A stretch of 64,000 bases of DNA. Source: Macrostomum lignano (lineage: Eukaryota). A program made the position numbers and the translations under genes. The notes under the pieces were generated by a model. It was not told the DNA's origin. It saw nothing but the letters and a program-made list of their open reading frames with translations, and did no database searches. Location: NCBI GenBank assembly GCA_002269645.1, contig NIVC01000554.1:165491-229490 (forward strand), written 5' to 3'. Positions 24,633 through 36,159 of this stretch are shown piece by piece (positions within the stretch are counted from its first letter, which is position 1; the number at the start of each line of letters is the position of its first letter).

Positions 24633-27600
24633 ATGCGACTTCTGTCAGTGCGGCTGTACCGGAACCGGCCACTGACTGTTCTGCTTCTGCTCCTGCTGCT
24701 GCTGCTGCTGCTGCTGCTTGAATGGCGTCAAGCTTCAAGACGGGACCAACTGATCAGAATGCTGGAGCCGTGGTCGATTATTGATCAAATAGCCAGCGAG
24801 TCTCGGCGAATACCTGCAGAGTTCATGCTTGACGCGGAAGTCGAGAAGGCCATACGGCATCGCCTTAGCACTTCGCTTACTCTCCTGTCGATGCAGAATT
24901 CATCGAAGCGAAGCCTTCTACGCGCGAAGAACTGCGACGGACGAATCTCGCCGCTGCTGCACCAGATCTATTCAACAGCTGACATTCCCGTTGCGTACCG
25001 GTTCGCAGTGATTCCTTGCCTGCTGATCAATACTGCGCTGGGCGGCTTCAGCTATGTGTTGTGGACGGATGCAGATGCGACCGCCTTTATGCGGGACAAC
25101 TACCCCCAGTACCTGGATATGTATAGCCGGTACAAACAACCACTGCAAAGGTCGGACGCTCTGCGGTACTTCATTTTGCATCACTATGGAGGTAATTGAC
25201 ATGGACTTAGAGTAGAACAAATTAGGATTTCTAGAGCTTTTCCTAGCCGAGAAAGTTAAGCAGAGGATATAGGATACAGGATGGAGGTTGGGACCCCGAG
25301 CTTGAAAGCTTGGGTCAGTTGCAACTACCTGGCGCCCTTGAAGGGGCTTTAGCACCAGGGGCTTTAGCACCGGGGGCTTTAGCACCAGGGGCTTTAGCAC
25401 CAGGGCGCGAGGTGTAGGCACCCTACCGGCGGGGGCAGGCGCGCACTCGGCGTTTTGTCGACTGCCTGCTGGCTGACGCCGGCGCCCCAGTTTTGGCCGA
25501 CGGCATGGCGTTCATTCGCGATCTGGCCTTGAAGCGCGCCCTGTGACGCTAACTGCGTATTCTGTTGTTGTTTTTGTTGCAACTACGAGCGTAGTTTGCT
25601 ATCCCGTGTAGCAATTTATCGAGTTCTTACATACGTTCTCAGTCATTAACTATGCCTCTCAATGAACGAGTATATCTCGTCCAACCAATGCATGGCTCTG
25701 GCAGGAATCTACGCGGACATGGATGTCCAGTGCTTGAAACTGTTCACCGGTCTGGCCACCAATGAGACTTGCTTCTTCGATCAGGAGCGAGTTGAGCAGA
25801 GCCAGATTCTGCACAGCCAGACTAACTCTATAATGAACTCGGTGATGGGCTGCAGCCGGCAGCACCCCTTCATGCGGGTGCTCATTCAAAATCTGCACGA
25901 CTCGAGACGCCGTGAGTTATGGATGATCAGGTTAACTGTACATGTATAAATGCGCTTTCTTTTGGGCAGATGTACGAGTACATGTAGGCAGATGTGGAGG
26001 TGCAACCGACAGCTCAGCTGCAGCTGTTGCGCGGCGCATTAGAAGGGAAGGCTGCGTACGGCTGTTCAGTCCAAGGACTGGGGGGTCGCCACACACACCC
26101 TCAATTACCTCAGCTAATGCTGGCACCCATTTTACAGCTGGGGGAACTGAAGCAATGCAGAATTAAGTGTCTTGCTCAGGGACACAAATACAACTAGACT
26201 ATACTAGATGACGCGTTTCTAGTGGGTCTTGGACACAAATTATTTCGAGTGGGTCGAGAATCAAGCCCCCGACCTTTCTGTCCTTAATCCGACGCTCTAA
26301 CCTCTAGGCTTACAGCCCCTTTGTTTACAACTGTAATAACTTTGAAGGCAAAGGCTGGCTTGTTGCACGAATTAGTTTGCTCTGCTGAGCAGAGAGTTGC
26401 GATACCGGAAAAGAAGTGCCCTTCCCAAGCAGAGTGGGAGGCACCTTTAAGGAAGTATATTTGGGGTGGGTACGCCCCGAGCTTCGTAGAGGGAAGGCAT
26501 GAGTGGGACGCACATAGACAGAGGAGAGATACGGACAATGGGGTGAGTCACACGCAGACGGACAGACAGACAGAGAGAGATGTTGGAACCAGACAGACAC
26601 GCAGTGATTCAGACAAGGGGAAGGTGCATACGCACTAAGAGTTCATCATGTCCGTGGCACAAACGCCACAACAACAAATGAAACATTCATTTATGAATAA
26701 ATAGGAACACATTAAATATTCAAAAAGACAAGTGATAACTGATAATCGTTCTTCTGGTCTATAAATAATTTCAAGAACAAGAAAAACAAAAATATTTGAA
26801 ATCACGCTGTGCGTCCAGTTGCATATTATACCTGTAACCAAGCTACATAAATGGGGCGTCAAAACCAGTTCAGGTTTTGTAAAGGTTTTTATTACTTTGA
26901 TCAGTTTCTAACAGTATTGACAACCTGTTGTTACTTTCTGGACATGTCGAAGCAAACGTTAGAGTACATTTCTGAGCCTGTCCTGTAAAGTAAGTAAAGT
27001 AAAATAGAAAAAGATCCAAGATCAACTGAGGTACCAAAAGGGGCTTTAGCACCAGGGGGCTTTAGCACCAGGGGCTTTAGCACCAGGGGCTTTAGCACCA
27101 GGGACTTTTGCACCAGGGGCTTTAGCACCAGGGGCTTTAGCACCTTGCTTTAGCACCAGGGGCTTTAGCACCAGGGGCTTTAGCACCAGGGGCTTTAGCA
27201 CCAGGGGCTTTAGCACAAGGGGCTTTAGCACCTTGCTTTAGCACCAGGGGCTTTAGCACCAGGGGCTTTAGCACCAGGGGCTTTAGCACCAGGGGCTTTA
27301 GCACCAGGGGCTTTAGCACCAGGGGCTTTAGCACCAGGCTTTAGCACCAGGCTTTAGCACCAGGGGCTTTAGCACCAGGCTTTAGCACCAGGGGCTTTAG
27401 CACCAGGCTTTAGCACCAGGCTTTAGCACCAGGGGCTTTAGCACCAGGCTTTAGCACCAGGGGCTTTAGCACCAAGCTTTAGCACCAGGCTTTAGCACCA
27501 GGGGCTTTAGCACCAGGCTTTAGCACCAGGCTTTAGCACCAGGGGCTTTAGCACCAGGCTTTAGCACCAGGCTTTAGCACCAGGGGCTTTAGCACCAGGC

Positions 27601-30265
27601 TTTAGCACCAGGCTTTAGCACCAGGCTTTAGCACCAGGGGACTTTTGCACCAGGGACATGAATCTCTTGTCTGCCGGTCTCATCTATCATTTCTAAATTC
27701 TGCATGTTCCTGTAACATTTCTGCAGATTACAACTATGAAGCAGCCTCTGAAAGAAGCATATTCTTGCTCAATTTTTAATTCGAATAATCAGGATATAAG
27801 ATATAGTTAAATTAGTGCTGGAGAAAAAGCGGAAAACATCGTATCCCACTAAAGCAGATGAGAGTAAATGCTGGTCTTTAGTGAAAATCGAACGATTCGA
27901 GAGCGTTATGGTGTCTTGCCACTTCGGCTGTCCCTGCTTATGCTAATGGCTGCTCTCTTTAGCTTTCTGTCTGGCCTTATTATAATTATAAGGCATTATT
28001 TCTGTCTCTCTCCGGCTAGCCAATCAAGTGCTATGAGTAGCCTTAACTCTGTCTCAAAAAACTGATGCACTTTACCTAGAGAACGGGCCAGTTATTTTTG
28101 TAAAAACTCAGCTGCCGTCACAGCTAGAAATATAAGAAATCTACTAACACAGCTCTACTACTTTCAGCTACCTAAATGTACAATTATGGATATAAATAAG
28201 TGCCGCGAGTTAACATCAAAAGAAAATGAAATCTAATTTAACAATTTGGACGTTTAGGCATCGTATAGTTTTTGTCAGTCAAGTTTCGCTCGCTCGCTCG
28301 TGCTGGATTCTTAACGGAATCAGCCTCTTGATTGACTATACATGACATGAGTTCCTTTAAACCTTAGTTTTACAAGCTCGTTAAACTACTCGTTGCAATT
28401 TCAGTCACCGACATACTGAGATCCACCGGACCCCTATTCCTAACCAAGCTGTTCAGAAACTTTGTTCGTAAGCAGTCACCAGAGAGGCGCAAAGGCCTGA
28501 GAGCTCTGTCACCTGAGGTCTGCTCGCCGCTCATTGATCAGCCGAAGAAAATGGCTCAGAACTGCAGTAAGTAGTAACTATAGAATTTAATAAAATCTCT
28601 CTACTTTTGGACTGCAAAAGTTGATTCGAGGCCTGCTTTTTTAAACAAAACTGCAATTCAATGGCGTGATTTTGAAAAATACAAGGCTATCCTTTGTCAG
28701 CATCTATAAATTGGAATTTTTTCATCTTTATCTTTTACACTAATCTCTGAGCCCGAAAATTAATACCCGGAGATAAGCCTAATTTAATCTTAAGCAGCTT
28801 TTAGATACCAGTTATAAGAATATTCAGCAGGTAGATTGTGGAGCGGGATGTGAAATCCAAATCCTCGATTTCCTTCTTCTATTTATCCGCCTACCTGTGG
28901 GCGGCGCTCCGCTTTACTCCTATTAATCCGATGCATGGAACTCACCGGAGGGAATTTGTCAGGTGGCTCAGGGGGAATTTGTCAGGTAGCTCAGAAGGAA
29001 TTTGTCAGGTAGCTCAAGGGGAATTTGTCAGGTAGCTCAGGGGGGATTTTTCAGGTAGCTCAAGGGGAGTTTGTCAGGTAGCTCAAGGGGAATTTGTCAG
29101 GTAGGTCAGGGGAATTTGTCAGGTAGCTCAGGAGGAATTTGTCAGGTGCCTCAAGGGGAATTTGTCAGGTAGCTCAGGAGGAATTTGTCAGGTAGCTCAA
29201 GGGGAGTTTGTCAGGTAGCTCAAGGGGAATTTGTCAGGTAGGTCAGGGGAATTTGTCAGGTAGGTCAGGGGAATTCGTCAGGTAGCTCAAGGGGAATTCG
29301 TCAGGTAGCTCAGGAGGAATTTGTCAGGTAGCTCAGGGGGAATTCGTCAGGTAGCTCAAGGGGAATTCGTCAGGTAGCTCAGGAGGAATTTGTCAGGTAG
29401 CTCAGGGGGAATTCGTCAGGTAGCTCAAGGGGAATTTGTCAGGTAGGTCAGGGGAATTTGTCAGGTAGCTCAGGAGGAATTTGTCAGGTAGCTCAGGAGG
29501 AATTTGTCAGGTAGCTCAGGGGAATTTGTCAGGTAGCTCAGGAGGAATTTGTCAGGTAGCTCGGGGGAATTTGTCAGGTAGCTCAGGGGGGGTTAGGTAG
29601 CTCAGGGTGGGGGGTTTGTTGGGTAGCTCAGGGGGAATTTGTCAGGTGGCTCAGGGAGAATTGCTCAAGTAGCTCAGGGGAATTGCTCATCTGGTTCAAT
29701 GGAAGCCTTCGGCTGGAATCAAGGGATTGCTTAGATTTCTCAAGGGGTATTGTTCAGATTTTTCTCAGAAGGCATAAGGGGTATTGCTGAAAAGGATTAA
29801 GGGAAATTAATCAGAGTTCCTGCCTAGAATAGCTCAGAAACTTTTATCACTTCGCATGAACGACGTTATATTTCATGTTAAGACTTCATATGCAGTAACT
29901 TCGATCTAAGGCTCTCATTTTTTCCTTTTCGCTCATTACCGATTTGTAACGCCAATCTTGCAGAGCGCTGGATCCGCATGTCCGCTCACAGACGGCTGCA
30001 GCGCCAGATTCAACTGCAGCTGTCAGCCTGTCGCAGCCTGCAGAAGACCGGCTTCAGTCAGAGCCTGCACCGCTGGCTCACCAATGCCACTCTGGCTGTG
30101 CACAGATTTCTGCACCTTGGTTACCATAGCGACAGCGCAGTACCCGCTGCGGCGGCGGTTCGATTCTCTATAGCATCGGCGGCGCCTCAAGTTCGGGTGT
30201 TGCGGTACACTTCGGACTCGAATGAGCTGGCAAGACTAGCGCAGACCTGCTTTGAGTCTCAATGA
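24633..30265 (+). CDS. GT32-family DXD glycosyltransferase (SUR1/OCH1-like), type II membrane protein, about 409 aa. Exons 24633-25191, 25705-25911, 28405-28566, 29964-30265
   Basis: N-terminal poly-Leu anchor; LLHQIY...IP; QRSDALRYFILHHYGG|IYADMD (DXD motif); MNSVMGCSRQHPF; STGPLFLT; late AVHRFLHLGY. Three phase-1 GT-AG introns join the exons in frame. Confidence 0.85.
25344..25403. repeat. 15-bp GGGGCTTTAGCACCA array, copy 1
   Basis: About 4 units. Confidence 0.9.
26040..26319 (-). mobile_element. tRNA-derived CORE-SINE in GT32 intron 2; 3' end approximate
   Basis: Minus-strand head GGGGCTGTAAGCCTAGAGGTTAGAGCG (A box) with a degenerate B box, followed by GTGTCCCTGAGCAAGACACTTAATTCTGCATTGCTTCAGTTCCCCCAGCTGTAAAATGGG (26187-26126), which closely matches the MIR/CORE domain as I recall it. 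Confidence 0.75.
27039..27655. repeat. 15/13-bp GGGGCTTTAGCACCA array, copy 2
   Basis: About 43 units, with 13-bp deletion variants in the right half. Confidence 0.95.
28945..29685. repeat. 22-23-bp minisatellite GGAATTTGTCAGGTAGCTCAAGG
   Basis: GT32 intron 3. Confidence 0.95.
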
Positions 30266-30553
30266 ATAATGAGCAGTGCGAGCGTATTTTTATACTTTCA
30301 AAGATTAAGGAGGTCTAGGTTCCAATACTTAGCTTGTATGTTTAGTGTACAAGTGTAGAAAGGGATTATGATGTAACTTGGTCGTGCGACTCGTGCGTAC
30401 CAACTCCGGGGCTCTGTCGCCGAAAAGCATTACTTCCAGGCCCCACTCTCTTGAACTGTTTCCCTCGTTTAATATTTGGTAGCTCAAAGCCCTTCGAACT
30501 TAACTAGCAGCTCCAGGATGTTTTATAGGTACACACCAAAGGCCTGGCCGCCA

Positions 30554-30590
30554 CAAGGACCACTAGAAGATTACGCTGTAGTGGTCCTTG
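30554..30590. mobile_element. 37-bp P-like remnant / excision footprint
   Basis: Termini CAAGGACCACTA...TAGTGGTCCTTG match the 19684 TIR at 10 of 12 bases. Flanks GGCCGCCA and TGCCGCCA form a 7/8 direct repeat. Confidence 0.55.
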
Positions 30591-30936
30591 TGCCGCCACC
30601 AGTCACCTGCGTAAAAGTACACCTGAGAATCTAAGGCTCGATCTGTGCTTAGATGAACTCTTTTGACCTAGAACGCGGTATCCTCAGAGCGTTGCTATTC
30701 GTTAATTCCCCAGGGTTTTAATTCTAAAATGAGACAGCGTTAAAATCAGATGGAGGAGGAATAAAAGCTATTCAAATAGCGGAAAAATTAGCTTCTTTAT
30801 GTAGAAATTTAATCACGCTCCATGCGCGTGACTCGTGATGCACAGGACCTTGAACTGCCAACCAACTTTGTAACGTCGCCTGCATAGCCGTAACGCGATT
30901 TGGCTAATAATACAAGCTATGGGATGGGCGTAGGGA

Positions 30937-31037
30937 TGAGTCATCCGATGAGTCATCGAGAGAAAATAGGGCCTGGATAGTTAGGCAAACATAGGGAAAG
31001 TAATGGGAAGAGGAGATAATATTAGAACAGTATAAAG
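30937..31037 (+). promoter_or_regulatory. Two AP-1-type TGAGTCA sites (30937, 30949) plus TATAAAG (31031)
   Basis: Exact consensus matches clustered upstream of the MATH-like ORF. Confidence 0.35.
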
Positions 31038-31561
31038 GGCTCTCAAATCAAATCATCAACAATGCATTCTATTTCATATAGTAAATACTCTTTTTGTGTA
31101 ACTATGGAATTATGCGTTTTATGTACTCGTACCGTTGAAATATTTGCTTCATCTAACCAATGACAATCTAAATAAACTATCTGAGCAGGTCACTTGAATC
31201 CTGATGGAGACTCTGAGCTATCGCTGTAACGCTCGTACTAGCTAGCTAAACCAGTCTTCGTGACAAACGCACACGCACAGCATATTTGTTGCACTAGCTC
31301 TATCTCTATTCAGCAGTCTTTCTGACTTCTTTCTTTTTTTCAAGCCTTAGCCATCTTAGTCTATTTTTAGAATCGGTTGTGCAGTGTACCTTGGCTGAAT
31401 GAAACTTGTTCTTGCCACGGTAATTCCGTGGAAAGCCCGTAAAGTTAGTTGTGGCTAACCCACGGAAATTTCGGTGGAAAACCTTGCAACTGATTTTATG
31501 TCAAGCAAATCTCTTTTCTTAGTTCCAAGCACCCATCTTCAATTGCGCGACCCTGCAGAAA

Positions 31562-32068
31562 ATGGTGAGACTAGTGACATGCAACAGTGATCAAGATCGA
31601 ACAGACGGAGCTGTGGTCGAAGTGATCTCCAGCAACGACGCCTGTTATGCTACTATCACCTGCACACAATCGGTGCAGGTGAGCACTGACGAGCTACTGA
31701 GAAAACGCTCCAGCTTCGATTACAAATCGGAGGCTTTCACATTTTCCGGACTGACAATGCGGTTGCGGCTACGCTGCGTCGCATCTTCATCGTCGGAGCC
31801 TCAAGTCCGGGCGTTTCTCGTGCTGCTCTCGTCGAATGGGACGCCGATCCACCGCCCGCTGCTGGCCAGCTGGACGACAGGCGTCAGCGTCGACTCGCAG
31901 CCGATGACGTCTTTCATTAGCGAGAAAATCGTGTTCGATCGAGAGCCAATAAATCAAAACGACTGCTCCGTGATGAGTCGAGGCGTCGAGGTCGTTAATT
32001 TGAATGATTTAACGGCATGCTGCGAGTCCAACTGGCTGTCTGTGCAATTGACTTTGCAGTTCAATTGA
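31562..32068 (+). CDS. Stand-alone divergent MATH/TRAF-like domain protein, 168 aa
   Basis: KSEAFTFSGLTMRLRL and VRAFLVLL resemble MATH beta-strands (SxxF...GxxWxLxL; VSxFL). Acceptor CCCTGCAG lies 3 nt before the ATG. Confidence 0.55.
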   Translation: MVRLVTCNSDQDRTDGAVVEVISSNDACYATITCTQSVQVSTDELLRKRSSFDYKSEAFTFSGLTMRLRLRCVASSSSEPQVRAFLVLLSSNGTPIHRPLLASWTTGVSVDSQPMTSFISEKIVFDREPINQNDCSVMSRGVEVVNLNDLTACCESNWLSVQLTLQFN

Positions 32069-32239
32069 ACTTGTTTACAGTCAAAACGCTCTTTTTTACT
32101 GCTCATTATAATATTCTGATTGAATGGATATAATTGTAAATAACTTTTCAATAGAATCGTTTCACGTGAGAGCTTACGAATCTCCCTACGTATTTCATAT
32201 TTAATTCTTTAGTACACAGTAAGAAGTTGAACAATATGG

Positions 32240-32690
32240 AGGAGAGCGGTACAAGGAGAGGAGAGAGCGGTAGAGGTAGAGAAGAGCGGTAGAGTTAGAG
32301 GAGAGCGGTAGAGGTAGAGAGGAGAGCGGTAGAGGTAGAGAAGAGAGCGGTAGAGGTAGAGAGGAGAGCGGTAGAGGTAGAGAAGAGAGCGGTAGAGGTA
32401 GAGAGGAGAGCGGTAGAGGTAGAGAAGAGAGCGGTAGAGGTAGAGGTAGAGAGGAGAGCGGTAGAGGTAGAGAAGAGAGCGGTAGAGGTAGAGAGGAGAG
32501 CGGTAGAGGTAGAGGAGAGCGGTAGAGTTAGAGGAGAGCGGTAGAGGTAGAGAGGAGAGCGGTAGAGGTAGAGAAGAGAGCGGTAGAGGTAGAGAGGAGA
32601 GCGGTAGAGGTAGAGGAGAGCGGTAGAGTTAGAGGAGAGAGGAGACCGGTAGGGGAGAGCGAATAGAGGTAGAGAGAGAGAGAGAGAGAA
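32240..32690. repeat. GAGAGCGGTAGAGGTAGA purine-rich minisatellite
   Basis: Direct reading. Confidence 0.9.
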
Positions 32691-33563
32691 GAGCAGTATG
32701 TTGAGGACTGTACACTGATTGTACGCAGAATTCGCAAACTGAATTACCAGTTTTAATAATTTATTCATACTGACGGGTTTTAATAAAAATGCCTTTTGCA
32801 GGGTAAATTTAGAAAATTCAGTGCAATTTGCGCATCCAGAAAGAAGAAGCTTGTCGCAGAGTCGAACAGGAAGCGCACAAGGGGGAGACAGAGAGGGGGA
32901 GAGGAAGAGATCGGCACGGAGAAGGGTTAGGAAAGGCCATGGTGTTGAGGGAGGGCCTGTAAGCCGCCTGCGTTTCTGAGCAACTCTTCGCATGCGGCGA
33001 GGCGATCAGGGTAAGCATTGGAATCAGGGCGCTCAGGTGAGTGTGTGTCTGTTGTGCGCCAGTGCTCACAGCCTGTGCTGTCTCCATTTTGCCTCAGGGC
33101 TAAAGCAAGCAATTCCCCTTCCCTCCAACAGCCTACCTGCCTGGCCTCTCTTTCCTGCCTCTGCTGCTCTCCCCGCCAACTGCGACCGTCCACCCCTACT
33201 GGCTCCCCCCCCCCCCAGCTCCTTTAGCCTTGCCCTGTGCGCGCTAATCTGCTGCCTCTATTTCTGCCGTTTCTCCCTTCCTCTCTTCTCCTAACTCCCC
33301 CCCCCCCCACAGCCGAATCCTAAGAAAGTCGAGTAAATAGCAGATAAAAGCTCAGGATTACTCGAAGTCTTCAAAATTTCTCTTCAATCTTCTTCTTGCT
33401 GTTCGGTCAGACTTCTTCCTGTATGCGTTGACTGGACAATAAACTAAATTCCATATAAAAACACAGAAAAATTTCCCGAAACTTAATTCAGATTTCGATA
33501 TTTTGAAAACAGCACCCAGATTCCGCTTCCTGAGAGCTTCTTCCGAACTTCTTACTGAAAGCA

Positions 33564-35359
33564 ATGCAAAAGGACAGACCGTCAGGTAAACTTATTTGAG
33601 TATTGCCTTCAGAATTTTGTAGCTATAGAAGTCGTTGGATCATTAGAGTTAAATGCTAAAATCGATCACACACACAGACAGGCTAGTTTTTAGTATATGG
33701 AAATCGATTCCAGACGCATTTCTTCTACATCCTTGTCCCTCTAGACACTTGTCTCCCAGGTGTCCGTCCCTCTAGACACTTGTCTCCCAGGTGTCCGTCC
33801 CTCTAGACACTTGTCTCCCAGGTGTCCGTCCCTCTAGACACTTGTCTCCCAGGTGTCCGTCCCTCTAGACACTTGTCTCCCAGGTGTCCGTCCCTCTAGA
33901 CACTTGTCTCCCAGGTGTCCGTCCCTCTAGACACTTGTCTCCCAGGTGTTCGTCCCTCTAGACACTTGTCTCCCAGGTGTCCGTCCCTCTAGACACTTGT
34001 CTCCCAGGTGTCCGTCCCTCTAGACACTTGTCTCCCAGGTGTCCGTCCCTCTAGACACTTGTCTCCCAGGTGTCCGTCCCTCTAGACACTTGTCTCCCAG
34101 GTGTCCGTCCCTCTAGACACTTGTCTCCCAGGTGTCCGTCCCTCTAGACATTTGTCGGCCCTTTAAACACATTTGCATTTAAAGCGTTTGGATCTAAAAT
34201 ACTGGCTGGTGGTGACTCACGTTTTGAATGTACCGCAGTTTTTGTTTTAGCTTCGACCCGTAATAACAATTACTAATTGTGCTAAGATTATTTAAAAAGA
34301 AATCCTGTCAAACTTGGATAGCTAGCTGTACAGGGCAAAAATTATAATCCTAACTTGTTCTAATCTTATCTATGCAGTCTTTCTTTACCACTAATGGCTG
34401 TGCAAATAATATTGCAACTTCGTTAAGCGTTAGTACTCTGAAAATTCTCTTGACTTGGCAAACTTAGCATTGGAACGCTGATTGATACCCTTAACCTCTT
34501 CCTGCCAAATTTCGATCATATAAATTGTGAAATATCTATGAAGTACATCCATACGTTCTTATTACATCTAAATTGTAGAAAACGTTGATGTATGTCAACG
34601 CTAAAACAAGTCTGTGAATGTAGAAAAAGGAGGGACAAATAGATCGGTGAAAGGAGTGCAAGACCAGCATGCAGAATCTACAGATTGAATGTTTTAGTGC
34701 TTACTTTCTGCAAATTTGCAGGCGCATCGTCAGAGCATGGCGCAGTGGGCGGCCCTGCATCGGCCTCGCCGTCAGTCGCTGGATCAACTTTGGACGGCGA
34801 TGACACATTCAGTACGCCGACTTTCAGTCTGCGCGCTCAGAAGAAAATCGCAAGTCAGCTGGCCTCTAAGAAGGCCATTAAAATCTTCCTCGACGCACCG
34901 TCGGCTCGGGTGTTTGACAAGATGTACAAAATCGTGAAGACTCACACCCAGTCCAGGCAGGCAGCCCAGAAGCTGATGAAGCAGATCATCAAGATCAATT
35001 TGAAAATCGGTGTCCTGTATTTAAACGACGCGTTCAACAACGAGGAGATGGCGATGGCCGACGAGTTTCGCGACAAATTCAACGACTTGGCGACGGCTCT
35101 GGTGCGGATGCAGAAGCGCCAGACGCCCGTCAACCTGGAGGAGCTGCTGGGCCAGCTGGGCGACTGTGAGCAGCTCGTGCTGCGCCTCATCCGGCGGCAT
35201 CTCAGCGAGAAGTCGGCGCAGACGGTGCGCAACTGCTCGAAGTTTTTCCGGGATCCGCGCCTGCTGCGCGACATGTTCGACTCCGAATCGCCGATTGCCG
35301 CGCAACTCGACAGCCTGTGCGATGATGTGCAGGACTTGCTGGACAGGGGCGTCATTTGA
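33564..35359 (+). CDS. TNFAIP8: TNFAIP8/TIPE family protein. Exons 33564-33585 (MQKDRPSG) and 34722-35359
   Basis: FSLRAQKKIASQLA, KLMKQIIKINLKIGVLY, FNNEE...F..KF, RHLSEKS..V..C..FF.DP.LL..MF and C-terminal LLDRGVI. A phase-1 intron joins a 22-nt first exon that has an in-frame stop upstream of its ATG. Confidence 0.9.
33736..34149. repeat. 31-bp minisatellite CTCTAGACACTTGTCTCCCAGGTGTCCGTCC
   Basis: About 13 copies in the TNFAIP8 intron. Confidence 0.95.
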
Positions 35360-36048
35360 TTGGGTGGGCGGGCAGCTTCAAAACTGGAGTGGAGATCTGC
35401 GCCCTCTTAACCCTGCAGGTTCAGGAGAGTCTGGAGAAAATTATTGCTCCAGCGTTGCACAGTCAGATGTAGAAAATTGTCTTAGAAAACAGATTAAACT
35501 TTTTGCGGCTGAGACAGGAGTTCGGGAGAAGTAAGGACTGGGGGTATTCCCATGGTCACCGTCGTAACATCCGTAACTAAGGCGAGTGTTATTCCATCCT
35601 ACAGACGCTGAGGCACAGGCAATTTTCTACTTAAGATGGAAATATCTTTAATTACAACTCTATCGATATATTTTTTCATCAAAGAGAGCACACAAATTGA
35701 GGCTACCGACTAACTTCTGATGGATTTATTTTTGATCACAATAGGCACAAATTTTGTAGCCATGCCCGAGAGAGCACCATCAAAAAAGGCGTCGAGTTTC
35801 TCTTTGAGTAGCCATAGCCACAGGGATATTTGATGAACCCGAAAATGAAGAAGCACGCAGGCACCGACTCTTGTCCCGACTCTCTTATCGTCAGGCAGGG
35901 CACGCAACCTGTTTGCGCTGCTGGCTCCGATATACTGGGAAATTTCTGAAACCCCTTAATTCATAAAGTACGCCGGCCTGGTTGATATCTAACAGAATTA
36001 TGACGTTACCTAGGTGCATGTCACATGCCTCATAGGCATCACACAGAC

Positions 36049-36109
36049 TGTCTGTCTCAACTGTATGTCTGTCTGTCTGTCTGTCTGTCTTTGTGTCTGT
36101 CTGTCTGTG

Positions 36110-36158
<49 letters not shown>

Positions 36159-36159
36159 G
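36049..36159. repeat. (TCTG)n microsatellite
   Basis: Direct reading. Confidence 0.9.

Noticed and set aside
26248-26319. tRNA gene
   Set aside because: The B box is degenerate and the sequence is followed by a CORE domain, so it is interpreted as a SINE head.
26931-27334. LKPLVLKPLV / APGA repeat ORFs (also 54442-54777 and 24972-25421)
   Set aside because: Translations of the 15-bp satellite.
34942-35534. Alternative-frame and antisense ORFs over TNFAIP8; likewise 39441-39914 over the protocadherin
   Set aside because: Shadow ORFs with no independent motifs.
35905-35995. Possible minus-strand exon DINQAGVLYELRGFRNFPVYRSQQRKQ bounded by AG/GT
   Set aside because: It lies beyond the protocadherin stop codon and I found no partner exons or homology.
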